A DNA stretch of 64,000 nucleotides from a virus. Numbering within the stretch: position 1 is the stretch's first letter; the number at the start of each line of letters is the position of its first letter. The translations under genes and the position numbers were made by a program. The notes under the pieces were generated by a model. It had not been told where the DNA came from. It saw nothing but the letters and a program-made list of their open reading frames with translations, and searched no databases. The stretch covers positions 32,001 through 96,000 of IMG/VR virus record IMGVR_UViG_3300029319_000005. The stretch is one strand, 5' to 3'. Below are positions 25,389 through 34,337 of the stretch, piece by piece.

Positions 25389-25781
25389 CTAATTCCGAGC
25401 CTTTTGTAGGGCTGCTTTGCGCATGGCGGCAAATTGCATAGAGCCCTGTCCCATATGGCCTAGTGTCTTTTGGATCAAATCCGCAGCAGCCGAAGCATCT
25501 TTAAGGGCTCTTCTGGCAGCGGGGCTCTCTTCACTTTGTAGAACTTTCTCAACATTTCCAAGTAAATATAGAGCATCATTTACAGCATCAATGTCTTCAG
25601 GCATTGCAGTGCCGGTGTAAAGAGATTCATTGATCTCCTCTTCATCACCTTGCTCGCCAAATATAGCACTGTCCGATATTGGACGAGGGCTCTTAAAAGA
25701 AAAGCCTATTTTGCTTCCAAATACCACTTCTTCTATTTCCTCTTTAATGATTTGTTTAAGTTTTGATTTTGTTATCTTCAT
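25389..25781 (-). CDS. Hypothetical protein with MKITKSKLKQIIKEE N-terminus (putative head-internal protein)
   Basis: ORF track; AGGAG SD; has its own ACTATTTA motif. Confidence 0.7.
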   Translation of the reverse strand: MKITKSKLKQIIKEEIEEVVFGSKIGFSFKSPRPISDSAIFGEQGDEEEINESLYTGTAMPEDIDAVNDALYLLGNVEKVLQSEESPAARRALKDASAAADLIQKTLGHMGQGSMQFAAMRKAALQKARN

Positions 25782-25792
25782 TGAGAGGTCTC

Positions 25793-26734
25793 CTACGCAT
25801 TTTGGATCTTCCTCAATAAATAGTTGGAGGGGTTAATAAACTCCGCGCTTTTCTTACGAGTGTATAACTCTTCCTTTGGCATGTCTCCAATATCTTGGTA
25901 TGGATAAACATCCATTTTTCTAACTTCTATACCATAATCTAGTAGATCTTTAATTAGTCTCATAGCTTTTTTTTCTGCGTCCGGGTCCAAAGCTACCAGT
26001 ACCGGTGTGTCGTTTTCTACAATTTTTGTAAAAAGCTTAGAGTCTTGTCTTAGCGTCGACCCTAAAATAGGCACCGAATTCTTGCCCGCTTTTATAGCAT
26101 CAAAAACTCCTTCAACAATCATCAGTTCCTCATCCCATTCGAGATAAAGCTCATTAAAAATAATGTCTTTGCTCACAGGGGGATTTTTATATTTCATGTA
26201 ATCTTGCGTGTACGTTCTTGCAATAAAGTAGTTACAATATCCGTCTTCATCGAAAGAAGGCAAAATAATTCTATTTTTGTAGTCCCCTTCACTACAATAG
26301 CCTATCTTCCAATGAAGAATATCTTCCTGTCCTATCTCCCTGCTATTTAGATACGCTCGGGCTGGGCTGCATGCATAGGACCTTTTAGAGGAAGTTAAAG
26401 TTTTAAAAGGTGTCGGCAAATCTATTCTTTGCGGAATACTTAGCGACCTCTCTTCATTGAACAAGTCCTTTGAAAAATCACTTACGTCAACAAAGTCGCC
26501 AAAAGACCTCCATTCGCTCTTTTGAGGATATGTGCCATATTTTCTAACTATTCTATATATGCTCAGGCCAGACCAGTCACATATCCAGCATTTAAAAGCA
26601 TCTTTGCCTATGTTTACCGATAGCTTCCTCTTGTGATGTTCACAGGCTGGGCAGTGAAATAAAAGCTCGCTACCCGACCGATAGAATGAACCCAGTATAT
26701 TGCCGAGTATTTTTAGCTTTTTCCTGTCTGACAT
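25793..26734 (-). CDS. DNA primase (DnaG-type: zinc-binding domain plus TOPRIM)
   Basis: CPAC..H...CWIC zinc domain, RIILP, KYKNP, VEGVFD and LDPDA motifs. Confidence 0.9.
   Translation of the reverse strand: MSDRKKLKILGNILGSFYRSGSELLFHCPACEHHKRKLSVNIGKDAFKCWICDWSGLSIYRIVRKYGTYPQKSEWRSFGDFVDVSDFSKDLFNEERSLSIPQRIDLPTPFKTLTSSKRSYACSPARAYLNSREIGQEDILHWKIGYCSEGDYKNRIILPSFDEDGYCNYFIARTYTQDYMKYKNPPVSKDIIFNELYLEWDEELMIVEGVFDAIKAGKNSVPILGSTLRQDSKLFTKIVENDTPVLVALDPDAEKKAMRLIKDLLDYGIEVRKMDVYPYQDIGDMPKEELYTRKKSAEFINPSNYLLRKIQNA
25817..25824 (-). promoter_or_regulatory. Putative late promoter ACTATTTA inside the primase 3' end
   Basis: Plus strand taaatagt, about 36 nt upstream of ATG 25781. Confidence 0.55.
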
Positions 26735-27246
26735 AGAATATAACCCGCTTTTGCAATCACCAAAGCGTCAGCACGATCAAAAGCTTCAGGCCTGGGATTG
26801 CCGTGACGAGTGTATTCTACCGGGAAGCTTGGTTCTGTGTCAAGGAGAAACTCCATAACGCAATCCTTGCCCTTTTTTCCTCTCGGAACCTTGATACCAC
26901 ACGCTTTTCTAGCCGAAGTGACTCCAATAAATTCAGGCGTGACTCCGAAAACTTCATATATCAGCCATGATATCATTCCGTTAAATTTCGCTAGCTTTGT
27001 GATGGTGCCAGCAGAAGACATCCCAGAACTAAGAAACATTAAAGATTGTTCTATAAAAATCTTCTCTATCTTAGTTTGGCCCAATTCAGCTTTTAATTCA
27101 AGAGCCAGGTTATGTATAATCTTTGCCTTTTCAAAAAGATCCTTAGATTTTTTTGTATTCCAAGAAAGTGTTGAAAAGTAAGTCCCGTCTTCTCTTAGCA
27201 GAGCAACACCCGTAATGCTAGTTGATATATCCAAGCCAAGTATCAT
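26713..27246 (-). CDS. RuvC-like Holliday junction resolvase
   Basis: MILGLDISTSITG, FIEQ and DRADALVIA acidic catalytic motifs. Start reassigned to MILG (27246). Confidence 0.85.
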   Translation of the reverse strand: MILGLDISTSITGVALLREDGTYFSTLSWNTKKSKDLFEKAKIIHNLALELKAELGQTKIEKIFIEQSLMFLSSGMSSAGTITKLAKFNGMISWLIYEVFGVTPEFIGVTSARKACGIKVPRGKKGKDCVMEFLLDTEPSFPVEYTRHGNPRPEAFDRADALVIAKAGYILCQTGKS

Positions 27247-27264
27247 TAAAAAAGAATACCACAA

Positions 27265-28584
27265 TTAGACATCTAGTTTAAGCCTAAATGTTAATTCGTC
27301 CTTTTCTCTCTTGCGAACAGGTGTTGCCAGTTTAGCCACTCCAATTAGATTGTCGAAATCATCGTATATTCCGATTTTAGATATATAAGTTGTACCTTCA
27401 TAAGAAGCAGAATGGCTCGAAAAAGAACTGCTATTTATAGCCGTCGATTCAATATTTGGATTCTGTATAAAGGTCGCGCTTCCGGTAGTCACTCCAGAAC
27501 CAGAATTGAAACTGCCAGATGTAAAATTATACTTAACAAATGTAGGATTGTTAGAGTGATTCAATTCTCCTTTAGGAGCCAGTGCCTCCATTGTAATTGT
27601 GGGGATGTAATTAATTCCCTCAAACTCCATGTGATAGCTAGCTGTTGCTGCGGAAGATCCCGTTGGGCCTAAAAGGCCAAAATATTTCCATGCCGGGGCT
27701 CTCCACTCGGCAGATGGGCCAAGAAAAGACCCAATGACGGCTGTGTTGGTTGGATCCCAACTACCGGTTAAAGTAATAATTCCTTCATTGTATAAAACAA
27801 CGCCAGCAACACTACCAGAGCCGCCGCTTCCATCAGGGCCAACTTGAACAAGTTCTCCATTTTGCCTTTCATCTTTCAGTTCTCCTATAAGAGTACCAGT
27901 AATATAAAATCTTAGTCTTACACTGCCCTTGTTTATCGATGATCCATAAAATATAGAAGGTATATTAATAAAAGACATAGCTTGCTTGTCTTTTTCCCAG
28001 CCTGTGTCATTTCCATTGCTACTAGAGAACTGGTAATGTTGGCTAAGTATCGTATAATTATTAAACGTGTTTCGTAGTGCTTCTATGTATCTTGTTGTGC
28101 TCGGAGACGCCAATTCTTTGTATCCCCTTGTATCGTTTCCGTTGGCGACCGATGAAGTTGCGTTGTTGTCCGCGACGGCGAATCCATTACTAGCCGAAAG
28201 AAAATCAATTGAAATACTAGCGCTCAACGGGTATTGCGCAGAAAAGATTGTGCCATAATCTGATTGGTTAAAAGAACTAGTTGTAACGGTTTTAAACGAC
28301 TCAAGCTCTCCACTCTTAATTATTGACGCTGTTACGGTACTAAGAAAGGGCCTATCAACATTCATTTCGTACAGACTAATAGAGCCGCTACTTAAATCGG
28401 CACTATTACCCAAATGAAGAACTATACCATCGGCACTTCCTGCACCTCCAGGATATAGCTCTCCTTTAAATCTCTGCTCGTTATTTAAGAAGATGTTGCT
28501 TGCAGTTATCCAAAATTCGTTTTTAGGAAACGTTTTTAGTCTTGAATAAAACAGATCATCTTTTCCAAACCTATAATAAGACAC
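27265..28584 (-). CDS. Baseplate/fibre-attachment structural protein
   Basis: C-terminal YISKIGIYDDFDNLIGVAKLATP..K...FRLKLD is paralogous to the neighbouring gene; Ser/Gly/Thr-rich. Confidence 0.65.
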   Translation of the reverse strand: MSYYRFGKDDLFYSRLKTFPKNEFWITASNIFLNNEQRFKGELYPGGAGSADGIVLHLGNSADLSSGSISLYEMNVDRPFLSTVTASIIKSGELESFKTVTTSSFNQSDYGTIFSAQYPLSASISIDFLSASNGFAVADNNATSSVANGNDTRGYKELASPSTTRYIEALRNTFNNYTILSQHYQFSSSNGNDTGWEKDKQAMSFINIPSIFYGSSINKGSVRLRFYITGTLIGELKDERQNGELVQVGPDGSGGSGSVAGVVLYNEGIITLTGSWDPTNTAVIGSFLGPSAEWRAPAWKYFGLLGPTGSSAATASYHMEFEGINYIPTITMEALAPKGELNHSNNPTFVKYNFTSGSFNSGSGVTTGSATFIQNPNIESTAINSSSFSSHSASYEGTTYISKIGIYDDFDNLIGVAKLATPVRKREKDELTFRLKLDV

Positions 28585-28602
28585 ACCAGAATCCTTTTAA
28601 TA

Positions 28603-28610
28603 TAAATAGT
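28603..28610 (-). promoter_or_regulatory. Putative late promoter ACTATTTA
   Basis: Plus strand tataaatagt in the intergenic gap, about 19 nt from the start at 28584. Confidence 0.65.
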
Positions 28611-28623
28611 ATTCGTGTCTAAT

Positions 28624-29715
28624 TTAGTAATCTAAGCGGACTTTTAACGTCATCTCGTTATTTGGGGTCTTCTTAAGAGGCTCGGACAGTTTAGCGACAG
28701 CCATCAATTCGTTGTCAGCCGAATACAAACCAACAGTGGTAGCGTAAGCAACAGGTACATCCAAATTATTTTCTTTAACAAATACCTTACTAGCACTTAA
28801 ATAAGTTGGATTAGAGCTATAATTAAACTCATTATGATTTGCTCTACAGAAATAAATTGTAGAATTCAATTCAGTTGTATTATTAAAAGATATATTATGC
28901 ACTCTATGCCTTAAGCAGTCCGCTGCTTGTCTAATTGTAGAGCCGGTAAGCACACCTGTTATATGAAGTATTGTCTGATTGTTGTTAGAATCTTCATTGG
29001 CCACGGATCCGGTAAAGTCCGAAGATGCCGAAAAGTTACTAAAGACTGAGGAAGTCAACACTGCAATTCCTGCTTGATAATAAATCAGGCCTTTTGGATT
29101 AGTGGTGTACTGTTGATACAAGATGCCATATTCTCCTGCTGGAGAATTAATACGATAGTCTGTGCTAGCACTAGCATCCACAAGAGTCATCAAAGAACTG
29201 GCCAAAGATCCAATGGGAGTCGCGCCGCCAGTTAAAAATTGCAGGCTTGTCTCTCCCTTCTTGATCTCATCTTTCGTAAGAAGTCTAGAAAAATTGAGGA
29301 AAACACAACTTGTTAGCTTTGTTCCTCCGCCAGTGATATCTCCATCCTCGTCAAAAAGCTGGATAGCTCCGGTCACATCATTACCCATAAGCACTTGTGC
29401 CATTTGGTTATAAATATTTCTCTTCTTTTCGTGCTGAGTATTCGTAGAGGCCGCTATCGCTGAGCCAGACGAATATCCAACCGTAATATCAAAAATGTGG
29501 TTTGCAGAAGAACTTAAATATGGATAGTCATAGACCGACTGGAACATGCCATGAGAATAGTTCTTAATATTTTCCTCATTTGGAAAAGCTGTTGCTGTTC
29601 CATTTACCCCGTAGGTTCCAGATACTAGCGTACCTGTAAGAGGTATATTTTCGTGCAATAGCGTTCTTGTAGTGGTTACGTCATCTGCTGTAATGTTTTT
29701 AAAAGATGTTCCCAT
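28624..29715 (-). CDS. Baseplate/fibre-attachment structural protein
   Basis: EFNYSSNPT and C-terminal YATTVGLYSADNELMAVAKLSEPLKK...KVRLDY; paralog of 27265..28584. Confidence 0.65.
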   Translation of the reverse strand: MGTSFKNITADDVTTTRTLLHENIPLTGTLVSGTYGVNGTATAFPNEENIKNYSHGMFQSVYDYPYLSSSANHIFDITVGYSSGSAIAASTNTQHEKKRNIYNQMAQVLMGNDVTGAIQLFDEDGDITGGGTKLTSCVFLNFSRLLTKDEIKKGETSLQFLTGGATPIGSLASSLMTLVDASASTDYRINSPAGEYGILYQQYTTNPKGLIYYQAGIAVLTSSVFSNFSASSDFTGSVANEDSNNNQTILHITGVLTGSTIRQAADCLRHRVHNISFNNTTELNSTIYFCRANHNEFNYSSNPTYLSASKVFVKENNLDVPVAYATTVGLYSADNELMAVAKLSEPLKKTPNNEMTLKVRLDY

Positions 29716-29736
29716 AGTTGTTTCCTACTTTATTGT

Positions 29737-30678
29737 TTATGCCTTTTTCAAAAGCTTGATTGGAATGTCAATTCTATAGCCCGTTGCCACTCCGATTACT
29801 CTAACTGTGGTGTCAATCACTCTGTATTCTTGGCCTCCGACTGACAGGTTAGTAGCGTTGCCAATCAAGTCATAGAGGTACGTTGATGTATTAAGATTGA
29901 TTGAGGATTTCAATGAAAATCTTAATATCGTACCCCTGGGTCCTGATATTCCAAAATCATTAGTTGTGCCGGAGTCTGTAGCTTTTGGACTAGCTATAGT
30001 AACATACGAAGCATCAGTCCCTGATGACAGATAATAATTAGCAATACTATCGTCATCTATAAAAGACGGAGTAGCGACTAAGCTACCGTCTGGGCTTATT
30101 AGTTGCATCAGCCTGTTATCTAGTTGGATTTGATATTGATCCTCTCTTAAATCAATATCAAGCGCCGTTGTCGCCGGTAACTCAGTAGTGTCAAGGCCTT
30201 GATCTAGCCTGATGAACTTGGCCCCATCTGGTGTCGCGCCTTTTAAAACACCCTCCAAGGTACTGAACTTGGCTGCTATAGAATCTTGTGTATCAACATC
30301 GACGCCAACAATAAATCCCTGTGAGTCCATATAGGCAGCATTAGGTATGTTTGGTTGCACCACAGTATTCAAGCGTACCACCGGCAAATAAAACAAATCG
30401 TTCGATTGATAAGACGTTAGCTTAGAGTGCATCAAGGACGTGTTGTTGGTAAAGGATTCAAGAACCGGTGTTTGCATAATCTGTAAATCATAGTATGCAC
30501 TCCCACTTGGATGTGCGCCATCAGGATGATTTGAGTTCCTGTAAAGCTGATAATTGATCTCATCGTCGCCTAAAGCAAATTTAGTAATTTTAAAACCGCC
30601 CCTTGCGATTCTAAATCTTCCTGTGTCGGTTAAGACAGCATCGAGTATGATATCTCCTGAATTGTCTAAGAATCCCAT
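29737..30678 (-). CDS. Baseplate structural protein
   Basis: N-terminal IILDAVLTDTGR...FKITKFALGDDEINY, paralogous to the N-terminus of 37376..39223. Confidence 0.65.
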   Translation of the reverse strand: MGFLDNSGDIILDAVLTDTGRFRIARGGFKITKFALGDDEINYQLYRNSNHPDGAHPSGSAYYDLQIMQTPVLESFTNNTSLMHSKLTSYQSNDLFYLPVVRLNTVVQPNIPNAAYMDSQGFIVGVDVDTQDSIAAKFSTLEGVLKGATPDGAKFIRLDQGLDTTELPATTALDIDLREDQYQIQLDNRLMQLISPDGSLVATPSFIDDDSIANYYLSSGTDASYVTIASPKATDSGTTNDFGISGPRGTILRFSLKSSINLNTSTYLYDLIGNATNLSVGGQEYRVIDTTVRVIGVATGYRIDIPIKLLKKA

Positions 30679-30748
30679 CTATTGTCTCCTTGCATAATAA
30701 TTAGCATTTAAATTTAATTTATACCCTATGTATCCGAAAATAAAGTTC

Positions 30749-33700
30749 TTATCCTCTATAAGGATCGTTGGCGGAGCCTCCTTGTTGAGGAAGAGGTAGT
30801 GACTTTGGTTCCATGGTGGGCGGATTCGGCGTGCTCGGCATGGCGTCTGTATTGGTCTCTGCTCCCGCGTCTCCTAGAGAGATCGGAACAATACTAGGCG
30901 GAATTTCAATCACTGGCTTGTTCTCTGCAACAACTCCTGTCTCTGCTGTGTCTGGAAAATCCCATTTGCTTGTATCAAAAGCAAGAGCTAGATCGAAGTT
31001 GGGCTCAAGAGAGCCGGAATAAAATTGATAATTGTTAAATGCATATTTCGGTAAAAACTCTTTTTGAGAGATATTAATTTTATCCAAATCTTTCTTGTTT
31101 TCATTTACTTGATTAAATCGTACATTAAAGTCTATCATCTTATTAGTTTTTCTAGATGTCAGTCTAACCTTAAACCTTTTATCAAACACTGATTTGTTAT
31201 TTACTCCTAGTGTTGGGTTTTCTGGGTCTGCATTGGATGATATTTTTATTTGGTTTCTCGCCGGTTCTATGTATAGTGCCTTTCTTCCCGATTTAGTTCT
31301 AGTTCTGTTACTTTTCATATTCATCGGATATTCTTCTATCAATGGATATATAAGTCCCTTTTCGTCAACTAGTTCTACGGAAAAAACAGGACATGGATTT
31401 GAATATCTGCCATGAGCATCTATAGACTTAGCAGTATAATAATATCGCACATTTGGCGAAATATTGTCTTTTATGCTAGACCCCAGCGCCGCGTTTACAT
31501 CAAAAACTATAGCATCATTAAAATCAGAGTATTTTTTAGGAGCCACATCTAATCTATAAATTCTGTACCCACTGATACTATCGTCAGAGGAAAACCTCAA
31601 CATCCCTGATGGCGTATTATTAAAGTAAATATCCGAAGGGTCATATTCATACGATTCTTGTTCGTCATCTCTAATTGAAATTGGGAATTGAAAAACGTCT
31701 CCTGCGCTCGCCTGCATATTGATTAAAACTTGATTATTAACGTTTTGGTATGGTCTTATCTCCATATATGGAGCAGTTGGTGGATTATTTTTTATCAATG
31801 TAGGCAAAAATACCCCACCTTTGTCTTCCCAATCTATTCCGTGAAACGGCACTTTAAATATTTTATATGATGGTCTGGACTGGTAGGTTATGTCAAAAGC
31901 ATCCACTATTGTATCTTGTGTTTCATCTAGCTGTTCTATAGCTTTATCTTTTACACTAGTTTCTTCAATTTTAGAACACCTATACTCCGTTCCATATACC
32001 AAAACATATGCAAAAATTTGATAAACATATCTTTTACCGAATTTTACTTGAGTATCTACATATCGAACGTACTCGTCTGTGCTCTCTTGTCCCGCTAGTG
32101 GTGGAGGGGTCAAAAAGAACCTTTGGACTATATTGCTTCGGTTAATCGGAATTCTTCTTCCTCGATCATCTTTTTGAACTTCATATTTTTCAATCCCAAA
32201 AAACAATGTCTCTACAAAACATTTCTTACCCTCTATGATATCTCTAAAGTCCCTTCTAACAATTTTTAAATTCGGAGTTTCATAAAGCTCCTTGTGAGTT
32301 TTAATTGTCATTGGAAAATCAATAGTTACTTCTTCTCCTCTAGGTAAGAAAAAATCTTCGTCTGTATCGGAAAAAAAAGTTTTCGATGTTCTTTTCATAA
32401 TCCCAGTGTAGTTATCAACAATTGTACCAGAAGAATTAACACTGTCTGCATTGAGAACTAATTGAACAACGTCCTCTAAATTTACAGAGTGAAGCTTTGT
32501 ATGGTTCGTTCTGTGTCCGTATTGTTCTTTTTGTAAAATACTCGCTTGCCTAACAAAATTAGGTGTTTTGGCACTAGGAGATATAACCGTTGGGTCGTTT
32601 TCTTGTTCATTTATTGGCGTTGGACCGCCGCTAATAATATCAATTGCGTCCACCGTGGCTCTCATAAACGGATCTGCAAAGTTCATTGACATTATTTTTT
32701 GCATTAGGCCCGCCTGGGTATTAGACCCAACGCTTTTGGAAGATAGCAGCGATTCAAGAGAATTCCCATTTTGTGCCAATGGATGAAATGCTGTCTCTAC
32801 CGGATACCTAAATTTAATTTCCACGCTCATCGGAAATGCAGCGCCAGGATTTGATAGTTTAGTATTTTTCTGTCCAATATTCAAAGAATTTCTAAGTGTA
32901 AAGTCCATATCTCCAAAGTATTGTTCAATTTCAGAGTTGTTAAAAGAAAAATAATCAAACACGGCATTGTTTAAAAGCGAGTTAAGTGCGTCTGGAGAAA
33001 GGGTACTGGCTTTTTGTTTGTGCAATGCATTATCTAGTTCGGACTGTATGTGTCCACTTTCGGCCAAAAATCTATTCCTATTTTTAGCGACTTGGCTTAA
33101 AACTTCATAGCCACTAGCCTCATCTACAGTATTATTTTTTTCCTCTTGTAGCGCCTGCTGTTGATACGCTGATGCCGCTTTTGACCACTCCCTCAAATAA
33201 TCAATTACAGATCCATCTCTTATCAAAGAAAAAGAAATCTTGCCGCCTAAACTAGTGTAGTCTACATAATCTGCTCCATACAGCTTTTCAAACACTTGAA
33301 TAGAATTTATGACATTTTTTGTGGTATCAAGTATGGGCGTGATTTTTTCACTCCCACCACCGGCAGTCACATTTGAGTAAAAGTCATTATCAAGAACAAA
33401 GTTTGCATATTCATAATCGTAAGGGCTCGGCAAGATGTGTTCTACTCTGTCTCCGGAAGTCTTTAAAGCAAGACTAAGGCCATTTACGCTAGATATGCTA
33501 GTGCTTGAATCACTCAAGCCGATAACAGCGTCTTCGTATTCTTTCAAATAATAATGGTAGCGAAACTTGACATCAGCGTCTAGCGCTTGCGTTGTTATAT
33601 TTGCGGCAGCAAGGCCATCTTTTGAATATGGTGTAGAATATTCAAAAGAGTGATCTTCAATAAATGGCGCGTCTTCTTTAATAGTTGCAGAGAAACCAAA

Positions 33701-34327
33701 GGTTTCTGCACTTCCCTCCGAATTAGCAAGCTCTATAATATCTTCTAAAGTAACCAGGCCTTGCGTTGCTTTTTCTGGATCGGCCTGTCCGTTTATATTT
33801 CCTATATTCATATTATAGCCACCCTGCGTGACCGTTGCTAAATCATAGGGAAGCTTGTACTTGTTCTGGTCTTCTATTAAAGAGCTAGCTAAAACTTTGC
33901 CTTCACTATCCAGTTCATAAGAAAGCCATTTTTGTCTCAAAGATAAAGTAAATTTTTCTTCTAAATTAGATATTAATCCATTATTAAAATTAAAAAATTG
34001 ATCGGAAACTACGTTTACATCGCTACCATAGCTATAAAATCTCCAGTAGTCAGACTGTATTTCTGAAAGACTCTGTGCGCTATACACTGCCTCATCAAGA
34101 GAAAAGTTTTTATACACAAGCTTTTCCATGTATTCACCAACAATGCTCGAACCTTCAAGACCATTGTTTAGCGGTGGTAAATCAATTTCTTCGATCTGCT
34201 GGAGTCCGAAAGGACTAGGATCATAATAATACGATCTAAATTCTATCCTTAGCGGTTCTCTAACAATTCCTCCGCAAGCGTCTATGTTGTAGTAGCAATT
34301 TTTTTTAGAAAATTTTATTGAACTCAT
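30749..34327 (-). CDS. Large hypothetical virion protein with C-terminal FN3/Ig-like segment
   Basis: 1192 aa; YVDTQVKFGKRYVY and ISGYRIYR...YYYTAKSIDAHG are FN3-like strand patterns. Confidence 0.55.
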   Translation of the reverse strand: MSSIKFSKKNCYYNIDACGGIVREPLRIEFRSYYYDPSPFGLQQIEEIDLPPLNNGLEGSSIVGEYMEKLVYKNFSLDEAVYSAQSLSEIQSDYWRFYSYGSDVNVVSDQFFNFNNGLISNLEEKFTLSLRQKWLSYELDSEGKVLASSLIEDQNKYKLPYDLATVTQGGYNMNIGNINGQADPEKATQGLVTLEDIIELANSEGSAETFGFSATIKEDAPFIEDHSFEYSTPYSKDGLAAANITTQALDADVKFRYHYYLKEYEDAVIGLSDSSTSISSVNGLSLALKTSGDRVEHILPSPYDYEYANFVLDNDFYSNVTAGGGSEKITPILDTTKNVINSIQVFEKLYGADYVDYTSLGGKISFSLIRDGSVIDYLREWSKAASAYQQQALQEEKNNTVDEASGYEVLSQVAKNRNRFLAESGHIQSELDNALHKQKASTLSPDALNSLLNNAVFDYFSFNNSEIEQYFGDMDFTLRNSLNIGQKNTKLSNPGAAFPMSVEIKFRYPVETAFHPLAQNGNSLESLLSSKSVGSNTQAGLMQKIMSMNFADPFMRATVDAIDIISGGPTPINEQENDPTVISPSAKTPNFVRQASILQKEQYGHRTNHTKLHSVNLEDVVQLVLNADSVNSSGTIVDNYTGIMKRTSKTFFSDTDEDFFLPRGEEVTIDFPMTIKTHKELYETPNLKIVRRDFRDIIEGKKCFVETLFFGIEKYEVQKDDRGRRIPINRSNIVQRFFLTPPPLAGQESTDEYVRYVDTQVKFGKRYVYQIFAYVLVYGTEYRCSKIEETSVKDKAIEQLDETQDTIVDAFDITYQSRPSYKIFKVPFHGIDWEDKGGVFLPTLIKNNPPTAPYMEIRPYQNVNNQVLINMQASAGDVFQFPISIRDDEQESYEYDPSDIYFNNTPSGMLRFSSDDSISGYRIYRLDVAPKKYSDFNDAIVFDVNAALGSSIKDNISPNVRYYYTAKSIDAHGRYSNPCPVFSVELVDEKGLIYPLIEEYPMNMKSNRTRTKSGRKALYIEPARNQIKISSNADPENPTLGVNNKSVFDKRFKVRLTSRKTNKMIDFNVRFNQVNENKKDLDKINISQKEFLPKYAFNNYQFYSGSLEPNFDLALAFDTSKWDFPDTAETGVVAENKPVIEIPPSIVPISLGDAGAETNTDAMPSTPNPPTMEPKSLPLPQQGGSANDPYRG

Positions 34328-34337
34328 TTATTTTGCT

